A DNA stretch of 64,000 nucleotides from Mustelus asterias. Lineage: Eukaryota. Under the pieces are notes generated by a model. It was not told where the DNA came from, ran no database searches, and saw only the letters and a program-made list of their open reading frames with translations. The DNA lies in the NCBI RefSeq assembly GCF_964213995.1, contig NC_135801.1, forward strand, positions 134,168,001 to 134,232,000, written 5' to 3'. The position numbers and the translations under genes were made by a program. Below, piece after piece: positions 38,906-51,743 of this stretch. How positions within the stretch are numbered: the first letter of the stretch is position 1; every line of letters starts with the position of its first letter.

Positions 38906-41900
38906 ACAATTGCCCACATTTGGCCCATGTCCCTCTATACCCATCTTACCCATGTAATTGATTAAACACTTTTTAAAAGATGAAATTGCACCCATCTCTA
39001 CTACTACCTCTGGCAGCTCGTTCGACACTCACCACCCTCTGTGAAAAAATTGCCCCTCTAGATCCTTTTGTATCACCTTAAACCTATGCCCTCCAGTTTT
39101 AGATTCCCCTACCTTTGGGAAAAGACGTTGACTATCTACCATATCTATGCCCCTCATTATTTTATAGACCTCTATAAGATCACCCCTAAGTCTCCTAAGC
39201 TCCAGGAAAAATGTCCCAGTCTATCTAACCACTCCTTATAACTCAAACCAACCGGTAGCATCCTAGTAAATCCTTTCTGCACTCTTTCTAGTTTAATTAT
39301 ATCCTTTCTATAAAAGGGCGACCAGAACTGTACACAGTATTCCAAGTGTGGCCATACCAATGTCTTATACAACTTCAATAAGACGTCCCAATTCCTGCAT
39401 TCAATGTTCTGACCAATGAAACCAAGCATGCCGAATGCCTTCTCCACCACTCTGCCCACCTGTGGCTCCATTTTCAAGGAGCTATGAACCTGCACTCCTA
39501 GGTCTTTTTGTTCTATTACTTTCCCCAACGCCCTACCATTAACTGAGTGGGTCCTTCCCCGATTCAAAAATGCATCACCTCAAATTTATCTAAATTAAAC
39601 TCTATTTGCCATTCATTGGCCCACTGGCCCAATTGATCCTGTTGCAATCCTGGATAACCACTATGCCACCAATCTTGGTGTCATCTGCAAACTTACTAAC
39701 CAGGGCTCCTAAATTTTCATCCAAATCATTAATATAAATGACAAATAACAGTGGACTCAGCATCGATTCCTGAGGCACACTGCTGGTCACAGACCACCAG
39801 TTTGAAAAACAACCCTCCAGAAGCACCCTCTGTCTTCTGTCATCAAGCCAATTTAGTATCCAATTGGCTACCTCATCCTGGATCCCGTGAGATTTAACTT
39901 TATGCAACAACCTACCATGCAACTTACCTTGTCAAAGGCCTTGCTAAAGTCCATGGAGACAATGTCGACTGCACTGTCCTCTTCTACCTTCTTGCTTACC
40001 CCTTCAAAAAACTCAATCAAATTCGTGCGACATGATTTTCCACTCACAAAGCCATGCTGACTGTCTTTTTTAAACAGGTGTGACCTGTTTAAAAAAGACG
40101 GGTGGCACTTGAATCCCAGGGGGACCAATATCCTGGCGGGAAGGTTGGCTAAGGCTACTGGAGAGACTTTAAACTAGAAAGGTTGGGGGGAGGGAATCAA
40201 AATGAGGGGACTGAGAGCGAGGAGGTTAGCTCGCAAATAGATAAGGAATGTAGACAGGGTAAGAGGGAGGTTAGACGAGTGATGGAGAAGGGAAGTGCTC
40301 AGGCTGAAGGTCTGAGATGTGTCTATTTTAATGCCAGGAGTGTAGTGAATAAAGTGGATGAGCTTAGAGCGTGGATTGCTGCTTCGAATTGTGATGTGGT
40401 GGCCATTACGGAGACTTGGATGTCTCAGGGACAGGACTGGGTGCTTCAGGTGCCGGGTTTTAGATGTTTCAGGAAGGACAGGGAGGGAGGCAAGAGAGGG
40501 GGGGGAGTGGCACTGTTGATCAGGGATAGTGTCACGGCTGTAGAGAAGGTGGACGCCGTGGAGGGATTGACTACGGAGTCTCTGTGGGTGGAGGTTAGGA
40601 ACAGGAAGGGGTCGGTAACGTTGCTGGGTGTTTTCTATAGGCCGCCCAATAGTAACAGAGATGTTGAGGAGCAGATGGGGAAACAGATCCTGGAGAGATG
40701 TAGGAATAACAGAGTTGTCGTGATGGGAGATTTTAATTTCCCAAACATAGATTGGAATATCCCTAGGGCTAGGGGTTTGGATGGAGAGGAGTTTGTTAGG
40801 TGTGTCCAGGAGAGTTTCCTGACACAGTATGTGGATAAGCCTACTAGAGGAGAGGCTGTACTTGATCTGGTGCTGGCTAATGAACCTGGACAGGTGGAGG
40901 ATCTCTCGGTGGGTGAGCATCTTGGGGATAGCGATCATAATTCTATCTCCTTCACGATAGCATTGGAAAGAGATAGGATCAGGCAGGCTAGGAAAGTGTT
41001 TCTCTGGAGTAAAGGGAAATACAGTGTCATCAGGGAGGAAATTAGACGGGTAAATTGGAAGGAGGCATTCTTGGGGAAAAGTACCGAAGGAAAGTGGAGG
41101 ATTTTCAAGGAATGTTTGTCTGGAGCTCTGCATGACAACGTTCCGATGAGACAAGGGGGTGTTGGTAGGGTACGGGAACCGTGGTGCACGAAGGTTGTGA
41201 TGAACCTGGTGAATAAGAAAAGAGAGGCGTACAGAAGGTTCAGAGAGCTAGGAGGTGTTAAGGATTTAGAGGAGTATACGGGATGTAGGAAGGAGCTTAA
41301 GAAGGAAATTAGGAGAGCGAGAAGGGGTCATGAGAAGACCTTGGCGGGTAAGATTAAGGAGAATCCCAAGGCTTTCTACAAATATGTCAAGAGTAAAAGG
41401 ATGAGATGTGAAGGCACAGGACCCTTAAAAGGTGAAGGGGGAAAAGTTTGTGCGGAACCGTTAGAAATGGCGGAGGTGCTTAATGAATACTTTACCTCGG
41501 TATTCACGGTGGAAAGGGATCTGGGTGGTTGTACTGCTGGTTTGCGGTGGACAGAAAGGATCGAGCATGTGGACATAAAGAAAGAGGAGTGTTGGAACTA
41601 TTGAATGGCATCAAGGTTGGTAAGTCGCCGGGACCGGATGGGATGTACCCCAGGTTACTGTGGGAGGCGAGGGAGGAGATTGCGGAGCCTTTGGCGATGA
41701 TCTTTGCATCGTCGATGGAGACGGGAGAGGTTCCGGAGGATTGCAGATGTGGTCCCTATATTCAAGAAAGGGAACAGGGACAGCCCGGGAAATTACCGAC
41801 CGGTGAGTCTAACCTCAGTGGTTGGTAAGTTGATGGAGAGGATCCTGAGAGACAGGATTTATGATCATCTAGAGAAGTTTAGTATGATCAAAAGTAGTCA

Positions 41901-43950
41901 GCACGGTTTTGTCAAGGGCAGGTCGTGCCTTACGAGCCTGGTTGAGTTCTTTGAAAATGTGACCAAACACATTGACGAAGGAAGAGCGGTGGATGTGGTC
42001 TATATGGACTTCAGCAAGGCGTTCGATAAGGTCCCCCATGCAAGACTTCTTGAGAAAGTGAGAGGGCATGGGATCCAAGGGGCTGTTGCCTTGTGGATCC
42101 AGAACTGGCTTGCCTGCAGAAGGCAGAAAGTGGCTGTGGAGGGGTCTTTCTCTGCATGGAGGTCAGTGACCAGTGGAGTGCCCCAGGGATCTGTTCTGGG
42201 ACCCTTGCTGTCTGTCATTTTCATAAATGACCTGGATGAGGAAGTGGAGGGATGGGTTGGTAAGTTTGCTGACGACACCAAGGTAGGTGGTGTTGTGGAT
42301 AGTTTGGAGGGATGTCAGAAGTTGCAGCGAGACATAGATAGAATGCAAGACTGGGCGGAGAAGTGGCAGATGGACTTCAACCCGGATAAGTGTGTGGTGA
42401 TCCATTTTGGCAGATCCAATGGGATGAAGCAGCAGTATAATATGAAGGGTACCATTCTTAGCAGTGTAGAGGATCAGAAGGACCTTGGGGTCCGGGTCCA
42501 TAGGACTCTTAAATCGGCCTCGCAGGTGGAGGATGCGGTCAAGAAGGCGTACGGCGTACTAGCCTTCATTAATCGAGGGATTGAGTTTAGGAGTCGGGAG
42601 ATAATGCTGCAGCTTTATAGGACCCTGGTTAGACCCCACTTGGAGTACTGCGCGCAGTTCTGGTCACCTCATTACAGGAAAGATGTTGAAGCCATTGAAA
42701 GGGTGCAGAGGAGATTTACAAGGATGTTGCCTGGATTGGGGGGCATGCCTTATGAGGATAGGTTGAGGGAGCTTGGTCTCTTCTCCCTGGAGAGACGAAG
42801 GATGAGAGGTGACCTGATAGAGGTTTACAAGATGTTGAGAGGTCTGGATAGGGTAGACTCTCAGAGGCTATTTCCAAGGGCTGAAATGGTTGCTACGAGA
42901 GGACACAGGTTTAAGGTGCTGGGGGTAGGTACAGAGGAGATGTCAGGGGTAAGTTTTTCACTCAGAGGGTGGTGGGTGAGTGGAATCGGCTGACGTCGGT
43001 GGTGGTGGAGGCAAACTCGTTGGGGTCTTTTAAGAGACTTCTGGATGAGTACATGGGATTTAATGGGATTGAGGGCTATAGATAGGCCTAGAGGTAGGGA
43101 TATGATCAGCGCAACTTGTGGGCCGAAGGGCCTGTTTGTGCTGTGGCTTTCTATGTTCTATGTTCTAATCAGTCCTTGCCTCTCTAAATACCTGCAGATC
43201 TCGTCTCTCAGAAAACCTTCTCACAACCTACCCACTTCAGATGTTAGGCTCACCAATCTCTAGTTCCCAGGCTTTTCCCTGCAACCCTTCTTAAACAAAG
43301 GCACAACATTTGCTACCCTCCAATCTTCAGACACCTCGCCTGTGGCTATCGATGATTCCAATATCTCTGCCTGGGGACCTGCAATTTCCTCCCTAGCCTA
43401 CCACAACGTCCTGGCATACACTTCATCAGGTCCCGGGGATTTATCTACCTTGATGCGCTTTAAGACTTCCAGCACCTCCTTCTCTGTTACATGTACTCTC
43501 CTCAAGACATCACTGTTTATTTCCCCAAGTTCCTTAACATTCATGCCTTTCTCAACAGTAAATACTGGTGAGAAATATTCATTTAGGATTTCACCATCTC
43601 TTGTGGATCCGCACATAGATGATTTTGTTGATCCTGAAGAGGCCCTACTCTCTCCCTTGTTACTCTTTTGCCCTTTATGTATTTGTAGAAGCTCTTTGGA
43701 TTCTCTTTTGTCTAGTCCCCTTTTTGCCCTCCTGATTTCTCTATTAACTCTACTCAAACAACCTCTGTAGTCTTCAAGGGATCCACTTGATCCCAGCTGC
43801 CTATGCATGTCATATGCCTCCTTCTTCTTTTTGACCAAGGCCTCAATATCCTGAGTCATCCAGGGCTCCCTACTTCTACTAGCCTTGCCCTTCAGTTTAA
43901 AAGGAATGTGCTTACCCTGAACCCTGGTTAATGCACTTTTGAAAGCCTTT
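38906..43950 (-). mobile_element. Older CR1 LINE split by a younger CR1 (pieces 38906-40065 and 43166-43950)
   Basis: ORFs 39172-39567, 39602-39922 and 43398-43950; ...ctgactgtc | ctaatcagtcc... rejoins the (L)I(R)DSQHGF region. Confidence 0.9.
40063..43167 (+). mobile_element. Young CR1 LINE: ORF1 esterase C-terminus + complete ORF2 with about three frameshifts + 3' UTR
   Basis: DLFKKDGWHLNPRGTNILAGRL*, ORF 40183-41604 (NARS, ITETW, GDFN, SDH), ORF 41704-42993 (RT), (CTATGTT)n tail. Confidence 0.97.
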
Positions 43951-44502
43951 AGAATATGTGGATAACAAACTCCCACAAATGTCAATGTGATAATAACCAG
44001 ATTTTTGGATTCTGTGATGTTGATTGAGGGATAAACATTCGCCATGTCATTGGTACTAATTCCCCTTCTCTTCTTCAAAATATGAACATAGGAATGCCAC
44101 CCAGCCCCTCAAGCCTGCTCCATCATTCAATTAGATCATGGCTGATCTTCTACCTCAACACCATTTTCCTGCATCATCCCCATATCCCTTGATATCTTTA
44201 ATACCTAGAAATCCATTGGTTTCTGTCTTGAACATGCTCAATGACTGAGCCTCCACAAACCTCTGGTGTAGACGAATTAGGAACGGACAGCAAATGCTAG
44301 CTTTGTCAGCAACAATAACATCCCATCAAAGAATAACAAAGAGGCGGCAGAGAGACTTCACTAAGGAGCATTCTGGGAGAAGTCAGCACAATCACATCTA
44401 CTAAAAAGTGAGAAGGGGAAGAACTGGTGTCAAGGAGCGGATAAGCCCGAAACTCTACATTAGTGTTTCCCTCCCTCTCTCCTCCACTGACCAGAAAAAT
44501 GG

Positions 44503-44595
44503 GTAAGAAGTCTCACAATACCACGTTAAAGTCCAACAGGTTTATTTGGTAGCAAAAGCCATTAGCTTTCGAAGCACTGCTCCATCAGGTGAGTG
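44503..44595 (-). mobile_element. Penelope-like pseudo-LTR fragment within the CR1 5' UTR
   Basis: gttaaagtccaacaggtttatttggtagcaaaagcc family sequence. Confidence 0.7.
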
Positions 44596-47372
44596 AAAAA
44601 AAAGGGCACAGACATTACAGGTCATTAAGTGATGTGAGACCAATGAACACAGCTGAGTAGTGAGTAAGTCCTGGTGGGTATTTCCAAACCATATTAAATT
44701 GAAACTCATTGTTTAGGCAAGGGTAGGGAACTATTTGCTTTTTTTCTTTTTTTATAAAAAATTATAAAGTTTTTAAACTTAAACGGTTTACTCATGTCAG
44801 GAGAGCTTGAAGCTGTGGTTTGCCCTTCTTGCTCCATGTGGGAGGCCGGGCACATTTCCAGTGCCCGGGGCCAGCATGTGTGCAGGAAGTGTGTCCAGCT
44901 GCGCTCCTGGAAGCTCGAGTTTTGGCGCTGGAACAGTGGCTGGATACACTGTGGAGCATTCACGAGTCTGAGAGCATTGTGGATAGCACATTTAGGGAGG
45001 AGGTCACACTGCAGCTGAAGGGACTTGAGGAAGGAAGGGAATGGGTGACCACCAGGCAGCCCAAGAGATGTAGGCAGGTAGTTCAGGAGTCCCCTTGGGT
45101 CTTATCCAGAAATTGGTATTCCATTTTGGAGGCTGATGAGGGAGTTCCTCCAGGGAGTGCAGACAGACCCAAGCTTCTGACACCACAAGCAGCCTGTCCG
45201 TACAGGGGAGAGGGAGGGGGGGAGAGAAGAGAGGCAGGGCAGTAGTAATAGGGGATTCAATAGTGAGGGATACAGATAGGCGCTACTGTGGTCATCAACA
45301 TGACTCCAGGATGGCATGTTGCCTCCCTAGTGCTAGGGTCCGGGATGTCACTGAACGGCTGCAGGACATTCTGAAGGGGTAGAGTGATAAGGCAGAGGTC
45401 ATGGTACATGTTGGTACCAATGACATAGATAGAAAGAGGGATGCGGTCTTGCATCAAGAATTCAGGGAATTAGGCAGTAGACTAAAAAGCAAGACCTCTT
45501 GGTTTGTAATCTCAGGATTACTCCCAATGCCATGTGCTAGTGAGCACAGAAATAGGAGGATAGTGCAGATGAATGCGTGGATTAAGAGATGGTGCAGGAG
45601 GGAGGGTTTTAGATTCCTGTATCACTCAACCATTTCTGGGGAAGGTGGGACCTGTACAAATGGGATGGTCTACATCTGAACCAGAATGGGACTAACATCC
45701 TTGCGGGACGTTGTGCTAGTGCTGTTGGGAGGTGTTTAAACTAATTTGGCTGGGGAAGGGACACAGACTGTTAGCAGAAAAAGGGCATGGAATCATACAG
45801 CAAAACAAACAAGTCAGAGGGAGTGCAGCTGTATTAAATTTCAAGGAAGTAAGGCCAGGCTGGATGGCCTCTTTTTTAACGCCAAGAGTATTGCAAGTAA
45901 AATGGATGAGTTAAGGGCAATGATTAACATGTGGGAGTGTGATATAGTAGCCATCACAGAGATATGGTTGAAGGCAGGACAGAATTGGCAACTCAGCATT
46001 CCAGGATATAGAATCTTCAGATGAGACAGGGGAGAAGGTAAAAGAGGAGGAGGCATTGCATTATTAGTTAAGGAGTCAGTTACTGCAGTAAGGAGTGATG
46101 ATATATTGGAGGTGGCATCAAATTTTGTGGGTAGGGCTTAAGAATAAAAAAGGGCAGGCAGCCACATTATTAAGTTATTATTATAGACCCCAAGATAGTC
46201 AGAGGGATATTGAGGAGCAAATCTCCAGGTCCGAATGAATTGTGCCCTAGGCTGCTGTGGGAGGCAAGGGAGGAAATTGTAAGGACTCTGACCCAAATTT
46301 TCAATTCTTCTCTGGCCACGGGGGGAGGTGCCAGATGACTGGAAAACAGCTATTTGGTTATATGGTTCTGCTATTTAAGAAGGGTTGTAGAGAAAAACCA
46401 GAGAACTACAGACCAGTGAGTCTCACGTCAGTAGTAGGGAAACTATTAGAGAAATTTCTGAAGGACAGCATCTATCTCCACTTGGAGAGGCAAAGCTTGA
46501 TCAGGGATAGTCAAGTTGGCTTCGTTAGAGGGAGGTCATGCCTAACAAATTTGATTGAATTTTTTGAGCAGATGACCAGGTTTGTAGACGAGGGTAGTGC
46601 AGTCTAAGTAGTTTATATGGATTTCAGCAAAACCTTTGACAAGGTCCCACATGGGAGACTTGTAAAGAAAATAAATTCACATGGGATACAGAGTAATTTG
46701 ATAAAGTGGATTCAAAATTGGCTCAGTTGTAGGAGACAGAGGATGTTGACAGAAGGATGCTTCAGTGACTGGAAGCCAGTGTCCAGCGGCACACCACAGG
46801 GATCTGTGTTAGGCCCCCTATTATTCGCAATTTATATAAATGACAATGATGACTATGTGAGGGGTAGGATTAGTAAGTTTGCAGAAGACACAAAGATTGG
46901 ATGGGTGGTCAACAGTGAGGCGGAGCGTCTTGGGCTACCAGAAGATATAGACAGAATGGTCAAATGGACAGATAACTGGCAGATGGAATTTAACCTTGAA
47001 AGGTGTGAAGTGATGGACTTTGGAAGGAGTGATTTGACAAGAAAGTATTCAATGAATGGTAGGGCACTCGGAAGTTCTGTGGAACAAAGGGACCTTGGCA
47101 TGTTTGCCCATAGATCTCTGAAAACGGAAGGGCATGTTAGTTGGGTGGTGAAAAAGGCATATGGGACACTTACCTTTATCAATCGAGGCATAAATTACAA
47201 AAGCAGGAAGTCATGTTGGAGTTGTATAGAACTTTGGTAAGGCCACAGCTAGAGTACTGTGTGCAGTTCTGGTCACCACATTATCGGAAGGCTGTGATTG
47301 CACTGGAGGGGATGCAGAGGAAATTTACCAGGATGCTGACTGGCATGGAACATTTAAGTTATGAAGAGAGGT

Positions 47373-49902
47373 TGGCACAAAATGCACCACGAAATAGAAA
47401 GGGCATGTCAGAAAGGCAAGGTCACAGTGATCATGGGGGATTTCAATATGCAGGTGGACTGGGTAAATAATGTTGCCAGTGGACCCAAAGAAAGGGAATT
47501 CATTGAATGTTTACAGGATGGCTTTTTGGAACAGCTTGTGATGGAGCCCACGAGGGAACAGGCTATTCTGGACTTAGTGTTATGTAATGAGCCAGACGTG
47601 ATAAAAGATCTTAAAGTAAGGGAACACTTAGGAAGCAGTGATCATAATATGGTAGAATTCAGTCTGCAATTTGAAAGAAGGAAGGCAGAATCAGATGTGA
47701 AGGTTCTACAGTTAAATAAAGGTAATTACAGGCGCATGAGGGAGGAACTGACAAAAATCGACTGGAAGCAGAGCCTAATGGGAAAGACAGTAGAACAGCA
47801 ATGGCAGGAGTTTCTGGGAGTAATTGAGGACACAGTGCAGAGGTTCATCCCAAACAAAAGAAAGGTTATCAGAGGGGGGATTAGGCAGCCATGGCTGACA
47901 AAGGAAGTCAGGGAATGCATCAAGGCAAAAGAGAGAGCCTATAATGTGGCAAAGAGTAGTGGGAAGTCAGAAGATTGGGAAGGCTATAAAAACAAACAGA
48001 GGATAACAAAGAGAGAAATAAGGAAGGAGAGGATCAAATATGAAGGTAGGCTAGCCAGTAACATTAGGAATGATAGTAAAAGTTTCTTTAAATACATTAA
48101 AAACAAACGGGAGGCAAAAGTAGACATTGGGCCGCTCCAAAATGACGCTGGTAATCTAGTGATGGGAGACAAGGAAATAGCTGAGGAACTTAATAAGTAC
48201 TTTGCGTCAGTCTTCACAGTAGAAGACATGAGTAATATCCCAACAATTCAGGAAAGTCAGGGGGCAGAGTTGAATATGGTTGCCATCACAAAGGAGAAAG
48301 TGCTAGAGAAACTAAAAGGTCTGAAAATTGATAAATCTCCGGGCCCAGATGGGCTACATCCTAGAGTTCTAAAGGAGATAGCTGAAGAAATAGTGGAGGC
48401 GTTAGTTATGATCTTTCAAAAGTCACTGGAGTCAGGGAAAGTCCCAGAGGATTGGAAAATCGCTGTTGTAACCCCACTGTTCAAGAAGGGAACAAGAAAA
48501 AAGATGGAAAATTATAGGCCAATTAGCCTAACCTCAGTTGTTGGCAAAATTCTAGGATCCATCGTTAAGGATGAGATTTCTAAATTCTTGGAAGTGCAGG
48601 GTCGGATTAAGACAAGTCAGCATGGATTTAGTAAGGGGAGGTCGTGCCTGACAAACCTGTTAGAGTTCTTTGAAGAGATAACAAATAGGTTAGACCAAGG
48701 AGAGCCAATGGATGTTATCTATCTTGACTTCCAAAAGGCCTTTGACAAGGTGCCTCACGGGAGACTGCTGAGTAAAATAAGGGCCCATGGTATTCGAGGC
48801 AAGGTACTAACATGGATTGACGATTGGCTGTCAGACAGAAGGCAGAGAGTTGGGATAAAAGGTTCTTTCTCAGAATGGCAACCGGTGACAAGTGGTGTCC
48901 CGCAGGGTTCAGTGTTGGGGCCACAGCTGTTCTCTTTATATATTAACGATCTAGATGACGGGACTGGGAGCATTCTGGCCAAGTTTGCCGATGATACAAA
49001 GATAGGTGGAGGGGCAGGTAGTATTGAGGAGGTGGGGAGGCTGCAGAAAGATTTAGACAGTTTAGGAGAGTGGTCCAAGAAGTGGCTGATGAAATTCAAC
49101 GTGGGCAAGTGCGAGGTCGTACACTTTGGAAAAAAGAATAGAGGCATGGACTATTTTCTAAACGGTGACAAAATTCATAATGCTAAAGTGCAAAGGGACT
49201 TGGGAGTCCTAGTCCAGGATTCTCTAAAGGTAAACTTGCAGGTTGAGTCCGTAATTAAGAAAGCAAATGTAATGTTGTCATTTATCTCAAGAGGCTTGGA
49301 ATACAAAAGCAGGGATGTACTTCTGAGGCTTTATAAAGCACTGGTTAGGCCCCATTTGGAGTACTGTGAGCAATTTTGGGCCCCACACCTCAGGAAGGAC
49401 ATACTGGCACTGGAGCGGGTCCAGCGGAGATTCACACGGATGATCCCAGGAATGGTAGGCCTGACATACGATGAACATCTGAGGATCGTGGGATTATATT
49501 CATTGGAGTTTAGGAGGTTGAGGGGAGATCTGATAGAAACTTACAAGATAATGAACGGCTTAGATAGGATGGACGTAGGGAAGTTGTTTCCATTAACAGG
49601 GGAGACTAGGACGCGGGGGCACAGCCTTAGAATAAAAGGGAGTCACTTTAGAACAGAGATGAGGAGAAATTTCTTCAGCCAGAGAGTGGTGGGTCTGTGG
49701 AATTCATTGCCACAGAGGGCTGTGGAGGCCGAGACGTTGAGCGTCTTCAAGACAGAAATTGATAAATTCTTGATTTCTCGAGGAATTAAGGGCTATGGGG
49801 AGAGAGCGGGTAAATGGAGTTGAAATCAACCATGATTGAATGGTGGAGTGGACTCGATGGGCCGAATGGCCTTACTTCCGCTCCTATGTCTTATGGTCTT
49901 AT
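47373..49902 (+). mobile_element. Young 5'-truncated CR1 with uninterrupted ~815-codon ORF2 segment
   Basis: ORF 47361-49823 runs from mid-endonuclease (GDFN, SDH) through RT (FADD) to the natural stop; (TCTTATGG)n tail. Confidence 0.97.
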
Positions 49903-50334
49903 GGATAGGTTTGGGTTGTTTTTGTTGTAGCAGCGAAGATTGAGGGGCAACCTGATCACAGTGTACAAAATTATGAGAGACATGGACTGAGTGGATGAGG
50001 AGCAGCTGTTCCCCTTAGTTGAAGGGTCAGTCACGAGGGGACAAAGGTTCAAGGTGAGGGGCAGGAGGTTTGGGGGGGATGCGAGGAAAAACTTTTTACC
50101 CAGAGGATGGTGACGGGCTGGAATATGCTGCCTGGGAGGGTGGTGGAGGTGGGTTGCCTCACATCCTTTAAAAAGTATCTGGCTGAGCACTTGGCACATC
50201 ATAACATTCAGGACTATGGGCCAAGTGCTGGCAGATGAGATTAGGTGGGAGTTCAGGTGTTTCTAATGTATCAGTGTGGGACACGAAGGGCCTCTTGTGC
50301 ACTCTATGATTCTATTCTATGATAAGAAAAAAAA

Positions 50335-50880
50335 TCCTAAACCTCTTATTCTAAGACTGTGCCCCCCTGGTTCTATAAACATCCTTTCTTCTTCTACCAT
50401 GGCAAGCCCTGTAGGAATTTTGTATGCTTCAATATGAGATCACTTTTCATTCTTCGAAGCTCCAGAGAATATAGTCCCAGTTTCCTCAATATGTCCTCAT
50501 GGGACAATCCCATTATTTCAGGGATCATCAGTCTGGTGAAAGCCTGTGGCACTCCCTCTGTGGCAACTATATCCTTCCTTAGATAGAGGATCAAAAGTCC
50601 TCAGTGTACGGCACACTCCAAGTGTGATCTCACCAAGGCTGTATCTAATTACATCAAGGTCAACATACTATTTCTCTTCATAATTGATTGCTGCACCTGT
50701 ATGTTCGCTTTCAGTGACTTTTGAACAAAGACACTCAGGTCCCTTTAAACACAACACTTCCCAATCTCTCACCATTTACAAATTCTGTCCTTCCTACCCT
50801 AGTGGATAACTTCACATTTTTCCACATTATATTCCATGTCCTAGCCCACTCACTTAGCCTGTCCAAATCCCTTGCAACCT
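50335..50880 (-). mobile_element. Old CR1 fragment
   Basis: YLRKDIVATEGVPQAFTRL..LRKLGLYSLELRRM. Confidence 0.7.
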
Positions 50881-50899
50881 TACTGCACTCCCACCTAGA

Positions 50900-51039
50900 T
50901 TTACAACACCAGGTTCAAGTCCAACAGGTTTATTTGGTATCACGAACTTTCGGAGCGCTGCTCCTTCATCAGGTAAGTGGGTTCACAAACACAGCATATA
51001 TAGACAGAGACTCAATTACAAGATAATGGTTGGAATGCA
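50900..51039 (-). mobile_element. Penelope-like pseudo-LTR fragment with hammerhead-like core
   Basis: Minus strand CTGATGAAGGAGCAGCGCTCCGAAAGTTCGTG. Confidence 0.7.
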
Positions 51040-51664
51040 ATAGTGCAGCACTCCCTCAGTAGTGCAGTTGAGTTTCAGCTTTGATTTTTGTACTCAAGCC
51101 CTGGAGTGGGGCTTGAACTCGGAGCCAGAGGTGAGAATGCCACCAACTGAGCCACAGCTCACATTCTATGTAGAAAACAATGAAAATAGGGTTAAAGGAG
51201 AAAAGGGGTCAAAAGGGTGAGTACAGATAAATGTTTCGCACATCTGACTTTGAGTGGTTTTAGCAATAAAGATACTTTGATGATTTGGTGTCTTTATTAC
51301 TATTTTTAATATTAATTCTAGCATCAGTGTATGAACGGCAAATAATTAAATCTGGTCCTGGATATCCAGAGCTGCCAAATGTCTAACAATGAAATCACAA
51401 AAGGTTTTCATTAAACTTGATGTATAACCTATGCAACACCCTCAAATTGATTTTGTAGATGAATGAGGAGAGTTTGTTGATTGCTTTCAGTAAGATTTTA
51501 AATGTTGATTTTTGCCTCAATATTGAAATCCCAGCTGCTCTGAGAACTGACCTTAAAAGTTTGACAGTAATTCTTTTTGTACCTTTCCTCGAAGTATACA
51601 GCATACAGCTTTTAAACAGACATAGCCTCCAGGCACCAAAATGGTAGCAATTTAAAACCCTTAC

Positions 51665-51743
51665 CCATTTCTCATCAACTGTGATGAGTTGCGTGTCTTG
51701 AGTTTGAGTCTTTGCTAGTCGCCATGCAGAAGTGCTCAATGAC
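51665..51743 (-). CDS. NDUFS4: NADH:ubiquinone oxidoreductase subunit S4, internal coding exon 2 (79 nt, phase 2 in, phase 0 out)
   Basis: Translates (R)[26 protein letters not shown], matching recalled human NDUFS4 [27 protein letters not shown]. Acceptor cttctttttgtcttgtactgcag and donor TGG|gtaagg. No exon 1 or exon 3 found in the window. Confidence 0.96.

Larger units (their letters stand above)
44340..50322 (+). mobile_element. Near full-length older CR1 (5' UTR, ORF1 zinc finger + esterase, deleted ORF2), split by a younger CR1; pieces ~44340-47375 and ~49902-50322
   Basis: CPSCSMWE..CRKC, VHVGTNDI, FFNAKSI, deletion near 46222, RT 46257-47360; YEERL | DRFGL rejoins across the insertion. 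Confidence 0.88.

Noticed and set aside
40174-41154. 326-aa antisense ORF
   Set aside because: Shadow of CR1 ORF2 codon bias; other antisense ORFs over LINEs are rejected for the same reason.
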